From the human T2T-CHM13v2.0 reference genome, Homo sapiens: a DNA stretch of 64,000 nucleotides. Position 1 is the first letter of the stretch. Each line of letters opens with the position of its first letter. This document shows positions 56,648-64,000 of this stretch, piece by piece. The DNA is taken from assembly GCF_009914755.1 (NCBI RefSeq), contig NC_060929.1; one strand, 5' to 3'. The notes beneath the pieces were generated by a model. It was not told where the DNA came from, searched no databases, and worked only from the letters and a program-made list of their open reading frames with translations. The translations under genes were made by a program, and so were the position numbers.

Positions 56648-58784
56648 TACTCCTGTTTTTAATTGCTATGCTGTACTGCATATTAACCTTCACTAAGGTG
56701 ATTTACACTTTAAATCATTTGAACAGCAGCTCAGATTTACCACTGGATTAAGCAAAGCAAGTGACTCCTTGATTTTCAATGTTCTAGTCTGGAAAATGTG
56801 CATAGTGGAATCTAACACATAGGGTTATTTTTAGGGTTAAAATTGTTAATATATATGAAAAGCTATTAATAGTTAAGTCATATCCTAGCTATTAATAGAT
56901 ATACTATTAACAAAGTTCATGCTTAAGAAATGTTAGTTCTCATCTTTCTTTGTCACTTACCTGTCCAATCTATAATGCATATGGGCTGAAATGTTGTGCA
57001 ATTCAAAGGAGATAAACCAGTAACTGTCATGACTAGTCTTACCCACCCCATTTAAAAAGATAAAACATATTTTATTGAGGATTTTTTATAAAGAAATTCT
57101 CAGCATGTCTGAAGACAATCATGAGCAAAGTGTTGTGGATTCATGGAGAAAAAAATGAGCTTTTATCCTTAGAACCAGGAGGCAGAGAAAGAAATTTGGG
57201 AAAGTCTCATGGAGGGGATGGCACTTTCATTTAAGCTTTACAGAAAAAATTCAGGAAAAAAAAAGTGGAGAAGGAAGTAACTGCATTTTTTTTTTTGACA
57301 CAGAAACTACATTAGCAAAGGCAAACAATACACTGCAGGATTGGTGGATCAGAGGGAGGAACAGCTATGCCTGGGAGTGGTTTCAACATAAGAGGCAGGG
57401 AGGAATGTAACAGGAGATGGTAATCTCATGGTGGGAGAGAACCTGATCTCCGAGCATCTTGAGTGCTTTGAAAATTAGTGTTCCTTGTTTTATTTAAATA
57501 ATACTGCATAACCACTACAGGTTTTTTCATCTTTATTGCTTTTGAGTAGCGAAACAACTGTTGTGAATTATTTTGGCATTGATCTCACCAATTATAAAGA
57601 AATCATTGTTTCATTAAATGTAGCAATGCCTAAATTTATGATCTAATACCAATGGTCTAAAAGACAATGCATGTTGAATGATAATCAATTGGATTAAAAA
57701 AAACCCTGGCTGCATAAGGCCTTGTTGGGGTCACTTGCTTTTTCGTGAAACCAAGAGATTTAATACTGTTATTTGTGTTGATTCCACTGTCTTTTAAAGT
57801 TTGGGCATATCAACTTTTTAAGAATAGCATCAAGGAGAACTCTTAGAAGATATTTGGTAAAGTTCCCTATTTCATAACACTTGAAAACTGTTTTGTTAGA
57901 GCAATTTATCAAAAACCCCTAAAAATACTTGCTGACATTGAGAAATCATTTGCTTCAAGTGTCGCAATTCATAAAACTATACGTGAATCCACTGCTTTAA
58001 AATATTTATTAACTCTATGAAATGCTGGTATACCTTCTAAAGCTTTCTCTTCCTGAGTTAAATGAGAACCATGGGATTCTGTGGTTTATAAGGTCACATA
58101 TTTGAATTGAAATCTTAGAGGGAGAAAATAAAACATAGATGTTCAGAAAGGATACTTTTGTTTGTCTTTGGCAAATACTGCATTATGTAACTAATTAAAA
58201 TAGTTCATAGATGTTGCATTTCAATAAAAGCAAATGTACACAGTTTATGTATGTTTATGTGTATGCCTTTAAAATGAGAATTACCTTGACTTTCAGGTGT
58301 AACTTTTTTCTTTCATTGCTAAAATAAAGGCAAACTGAAGTCTGTTCTCTGTTCTGCAAGCATTCGTAGCTTGGGATATTTAAAGGGTGTTCTTGGGATC
58401 CAGCTTCTTTTGCTGAAGAAATTTGAAATCAGGCAAGAGTGTCAATTCAAGTGCCCAGTTTCCAGCTGGCTTCCTTTTAGCCAGTGAATTTTCTAGGCCA
58501 TACAATAATCCATTTTATACAGCTTTGCATTTATGCAGAATTTTTTCTTTTAATCAAGTTGATGTTGGTAAATTCATTTTGTGGGAGTGGGTACTCCTTT
58601 ATGCTTTATTTTCTTCCTGTTTATTGTCCTGGTACTAACAGAACAGTTGAGTGTTTATTAAATGTCTGATGAAGTGCATTGGAGTGATTATAAACTTATG
58701 TTCCTTTCATAAGCACATAATTTATTTTTACAAGTTATGGTCTTTATAGTTTGGCTCTCACTTTATAATATGCACCCATTTTTA

Positions 58785-58827
58785 GTATATATATGTGTGT
58801 GTATGTACATATATATATATGTATATA

Positions 58828-58880
<53 letters not shown>
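58785..58880. repeat. Compound (TA)n/(TG)n microsatellite
   Basis: 96 nt of uninterrupted purine-pyrimidine alternation. Confidence 0.97.
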
Positions 58881-58883
<3 letters not shown>

Positions 58884-59299
58884 TTTTACCCAGCCCTTCT
58901 CCATACCTAGTCAAACTCTTCCCATTATAAATTAAACTATTTTATCTTTATTACATTGAAAAGATGAAAAAATGATTAAAGAAGAAAGATGGTCAAGCCA
59001 TGAACATATAATATTAACACATATTATCTGACATTCCCTTAGTTGGCCCTTCTTTGTAAAACAAATCCTGGCCTAGAAAAGGTACTTAAAATTTATTTAA
59101 ATAAAGAGTGCAGAAAAATATTTGGAAATATGCACACCAAATTCTTATTATAGTGATTATGTCTGAGGAGTGGAAGTGGAGGCAGACAATGGGAAAATTC
59201 TTTCTCTTTTTCCAATATTCATAACCTACTTTTGGAATGAAAAAAGGCATTAAAATGTGTTATGAGCCAATATTTTCATAAATATAAATTCATAAGTAT

Positions 59300-61120
59300 A
59301 AAAAAAGAATTATGTATACTGAAAACTTTAAAACATTAATGAAAGAAACTGGAGCAGACACAAATAAATGTAAAGATATCATGTGTTCATGTATTAGAAT
59401 AATTAATATTATTAAAATGTCCATGCCATCCAAAGTGACCTATAGGTTCAATGCAATCTTTATCAAAATTTCAATGTCTTTTTTTTTATAGAAATAGAAA
59501 AAAATACTAAAATTTACATGGAACCATGAAAGAGCTCAAATAGTCAAGGCAATCGTGCAAAAAGAACAAAGCTGGTGGCATCACACTACCCAATTTCAAA
59601 CTACAAAGTGATGGTAATTAAAATAGCAGGATACTGGTGTATAAATCAACTCATCAACAAATGGAACAGAATAGAGAGCCTAGGAATGAACCCAGAGAGG
59701 TATGATCAGCTGATTTTCAACAAAGGTGTGAAGAATACACAATAGGAAAGGATAGTCTATTCAACAAGTGGTGTTGGGAAAACTGGATGTTCACATGCAG
59801 AAGAATGAAATTAAATGTTTATCTCATACCATACACAAAAATCAGGTCAAATATGGATTAAAGATCTAAACATAAGACTTAAAACTGTAAAACTCCTATA
59901 AGAAAACATCGGAGAAAAAACTACAAGACATTGGTCTGGGTAATGATTTTTTAGATTTGACTCCAAGAGCTCAGGCAACAAAACTATAAATAGACAAATG
60001 GAATTACATCCAACGAAAAAGCTTCTGCAAAACAAAGGAAAGAACAGAGTGAAGAGACAACCTATAGATTGGGAAAAAATACTTGCAAGCAATACATCTG
60101 ATAAGGGGTTGATATCCAAAATATATAAGTAATTCAACTCTACAGAAAGAAAATAAATAATCTGATTAAAAGTTAAGTTAGGGATCCAAACAATCATTTC
60201 TCAAAAGAAGACATACAAATGGCCAATAGGTATATTAAAAAAATGCTCAACATCACTAATCAACAGGGAAATTCATATCAAAGCCATAATGAAATACTAC
60301 TTTCCATTTATCCAAATGGCTATTTTCAAAAAGATGAAAGATAAGAAGTGCTGGCAAGGGTGTGGAGAAAAGAGAATGCTTGTATACTCTTAGTGGGAAT
60401 ATAAATTAGTACAGCCATTATGGAAAGCTCTATGGAGGTTCCTCAAAAAACTGAAAATAGGATTACCATATTATTCACAATTGTACTTCTAAGTTAAAGA
60501 TTTGAAGTCAGTATGTGGAGGAGATATCTGAGCTCCCATGTTCATTGCAGCACTATTCACAACAGCTAAGTTCTGGAATCAACCTAGGCAGCCATCACAG
60601 ATGAATGGATGAAGAAAATGTGGTATATATACACAATAGGATACTATCCAGACTTAATGAAAGAAAGGAGTTTTGTTAGTTGCAACGACATGGATAAACC
60701 TGGAGAATATCATGCTAAATGAAATAAGCCAGACACAAAAAGATAAATATTGCATGATCTCACTTATACCTGAAATCTAAATAAATCAATTTTAAAGAAG
60801 CAGAGAGTACAACAGTGGTAACTAGAGGCTGGAGAGGAGGGTAACAGGGGAGATGATGGTACAGGGATACAAAGACTCAAATAGGAGAAATAAATTTGAT
60901 TATTTTAAGATACATTGCACAGTGTGGTAAATACAGTAGATTATAATGTACATTATGAAATTTGTAAGAGAGTGAATTTTGAATGTTCTCACCACAAAAA
61001 AGAATAAGTTAATTAACTGGATTAAATCTTTCTAATTATATGCATAAATTGTAACATCACATTATACCCCATAGAGATATAAAACTATAATTTGTCCATT
61101 TATAATTTAAAAAATAAAAA
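59300..61120 (+). mobile_element. L1MA (about L1MA5-6) 3' 1.8 kb
   Basis: Decayed ORF2 3' part plus 3'UTR (tgaatgttctcaccacaaaaa...cacattataccccata...actataatttgtc) and A-rich end. Confidence 0.92.
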
Positions 61121-61634
61121 TTTGAATAAAAGAACTAATGGCTAAATAGAAAATACAGTCTACAGAAATTTTCTTTAAGGCCAGATTTGTTGATCTAATT
61201 TTTTGCAATAAGAGAATCTTAACAAAGAAAACATTTAGGAAGCTCCCAATAATCTGTATTCCAGATGCATTAATATTCTGTGCATCTCTATAATGTTTTA
61301 AGTTTGCTGTTTGACTTTGAGCATGTAACAAACTCTCTGAGCCTTGAAAATGACAAAATTTGAGTGAGATTATTTCTAAGATCTCTTCGAATAATATTAT
61401 TTCTACATCTTTTTCTAAGATTTCTAAGCTGATTATTTCTTCAGCTCTAATATTTTATGACCACAAAATTAGTGCACTAGAAACTGATTAAAAATTTAAA
61501 AGCAATTAAAAGCATGAATTGTGGATAGGCCAGCAAGTACAACCACACTGGGTTGAGGTAGTCAGAATTCACACAGAATGAGCTGTTTGAATAAAAAAAT
61601 TATAACATTAATTATTAAAATATATTAAAGTATT

Positions 61635-61868
61635 GCAACTGTGTTGAATATTTACTATATGCCAGGAAATATTATACATTTATTATCCCATTTAATCCTC
61701 ATATCTATTGTATAAAGTAGGGATAATTATTATCCTCTTTAACAGATGAGAAAATTGTTATAGAGAGAAATTTATCTTCTCAGTAAGTGTACACAGCTAG
61801 TAAGTGGTGGGTCAGACTTTGAACTCAGGTGATCAGATTCCAGAACACATACTCTTAATTACTACTTT
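61635..61868 (-). mobile_element. MIR
   Basis: cccatttaatcctca...aacagatgagaaaattg...cacacagctagtaagtgg...tttgaactcagg. Confidence 0.85.
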
Positions 61869-62664
61869 ATTCCCTCATAGTGATTAGTTGGCCAGAAATA
61901 CCCTTTTTGTCTTCAGTACTGGTGGTTGATAATCTCCCTAAGATGATTTCACTTTTGTGCCTCAATTTTTTGAGTATAACTCAATTTTGCCTCTACTGAA
62001 TAATTTTTCATGTGTAAAGTTCATGTCTAGACATCTTTTCTTTTCTAGAAGACACATACGTAGAAGATTAAGTTGACTTTTTACTTCCATCAGCAGCTAT
62101 CTTGGCAATTGGATTTTAAAATAAATTTCCTAATACTTTTCCCCTAAAAGTAGAGTTCTTAGGAAAAAAAAAATTGAGGATGGTCCTATTTAGATAGGTT
62201 CTTGCAAATGTGTTTTGAATTCAATATTATGTGCCCTTCCTAAAAAGGAACTCAAATCACCATCAACAATATATATTTCGTAATCTGCTATGGTGTGAAC
62301 ATATTGAAATATATATTTGCTTTGGAAGTAGTGGGAAAAATTGGTCAACTGAATGCAACCCAATAATCATTAATTTTTAATTAAATTTCAGAGACTTGTA
62401 ATCTGGAAATCTCTATAAAAAGAACTGGAGGAATGATATGGAATTTGCAAAATTAGGATAATTACAATTTTGAGGCTACATTAAACTCCCATTGAAATTA
62501 CTTTTTGGCATATTTCTGAGCTAGATTGCAATGATTTCTTTATTGATTTTAAGTTTACAGTGTAAGACATAAAAATTATGATTGGAAGTTAAGATATAAA
62601 TTGGAAAATTTTACTTTTAAAAATGGTGAAATATAAAGTTAAGGTTTTTTTCTTTTAAGAAAAT

Positions 62665-62786
62665 AAATAGAAACAGGGGTCTTGCTATGTTGCCCAAGCT
62701 GGTCTCAAACTCCTGGCCTCCAATTATCATCCAGCCTTGGCCTACCAAAGTGTTGGAATTAAAGGTGTGAGCCACCATTCCCGGCC
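62665..62786 (-). mobile_element. Alu monomer (FLAM/left arm)
   Basis: tagaaacaggggtcttgctatgttgcccaagctggtctcaaactcctggcctc...ccggcc. Confidence 0.88.
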
Positions 62787-62902
62787 ACATTTAAGTATTT
62801 GTAAATTAAATTTAAATTAAGTCTGAAAAACGGTAGGTAAAATTGGAATCCCCAAATTAGAAAAGTGCATGGATTTCAGTGTAGATTAAAATCTTACTCA
62901 GA

Positions 62903-63034
62903 TTTTTTTTTAAATACACTTTAAGTTTTAGGGTACATGTGCACAACGTGCAGGTTAGTTACATATGTATACATGTGCCATGTTGGTGTGCTGCACCCAT
63001 TAACTCGTCATCCAACATTAGGTATACCTCCCAA
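62903..63034 (-). mobile_element. Severely 5'-truncated young L1PA (about 130 bp)
   Basis: actttaagttttagggtacatgtgcacaacgtgcaggttagttacatatg; TSD core aaatcttac at 62889 and 63033. Confidence 0.93.
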
Positions 63035-64000
63035 ATCTTACACATTCTATGTAGTCACATGCAATAAAAATTGAAAAAGAATCTACTGTATAAATGAGTC
63101 TACGGAACATTGAAAAACAAAAGAAAAAAAAAGTAATTGCTGTGTTTGTACTTAAAATGGTTCATGGAAGTCTTAAGATTATCTTTTTTCTTATAGTACT
63201 TCTCATTTTTGAAAAGACTGCCAGTTACATTTGTCGCTGGTGCTCATTATTGTAGTATGTTTTTGTGATATGTTTATACAGCTGTATAAAAGCAGTATAG
63301 AAAAAAATCAAAGACTCATATTGAAGGGAAACACCTTAAGTATCACATTAACTGCTTAATTGGTTAATAAATGCAACAGATGCAAGTAATGATTAAATGG
63401 CATCTGAATCAAGAATGCTATTGTTAATAATTTAATTAGCCACATTTGTCATCCTGACCACTAATGATTTAAAAGTGAGTTTATGGTTCTCCAGAGCAGT
63501 TGCTGAGACAATGAATCCAGACTGGGTCTTTTTGTTTTTACTAGGCATTTGCTTTTTAAATATCATAGTATTTACAGCAGGGAGTGCTTCCTGGTGTAGT
63601 ATATGGAGAATATAATAGATGATTGCAGGATTAACGGCTAGAAATAATTAAAATGACACTACTAAGCTCTGCCTTTTCAGGGAGAGAACTCCAATTAAGC
63701 CACATTTCCTTTCCATTATCACTCTATTGCCAATTAAAGTCTGATGTATTTTGTCAGTTTTATAAAGATGAAGCTTTTAGTCTTTAATATACTCAAGAAT
63801 TTATATTTTGGCAGGATTATAGAGGGCTCTGTCATTTAACTTTTATATCCCTATAAAAGACTCCACTCAGACCTTCCTTTTCCAACTTTGCAACTTCTCT
63901 CATTGTCACCAAAGATATCAAAAAATGCCTTTTGTTGTCACAGCAATATGATGCTTGTTAACATTTAGCATTTACATTTTCTCAGAATGCAATTATGTAA

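Overview
This is AT-rich, CpG-depleted primate (human-like) nuclear DNA, intronic or intergenic, with no protein-coding exon, RNA gene or CRISPR-type system that I can support. Most of the window is interspersed repeat: 12 dimeric Alus plus 2 monomers (12 of 14 on the minus strand, most with TSDs) and L1s of several ages, including a nested ~8.6 kb L1MA relic at 31.3-39.8 kb. It also holds L2/MIR/CR1 fragments, LTRs (MLT1, MLT2, MER50) and DNA transposons (MER5A, MER20, MER44/Tigger7, Tigger3, HSMAR2). The listed ORFs are chance or repeat-derived; only L1 ORF2 remnants and a Tigger HTH remnant look like real protein. The most interesting signal is a set of fossil local-templating events visible directly in the sequence: a 155-bp inverted duplication replacing an L1 tail, a fold-back that created the target site later used by an Alu, a tail-less Alu with a TSD paired with a 45-bp templated copy ending at the same junction, and further templated insertions. 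Repeat subfamily calls come from remembered consensus sequences, not a database search.
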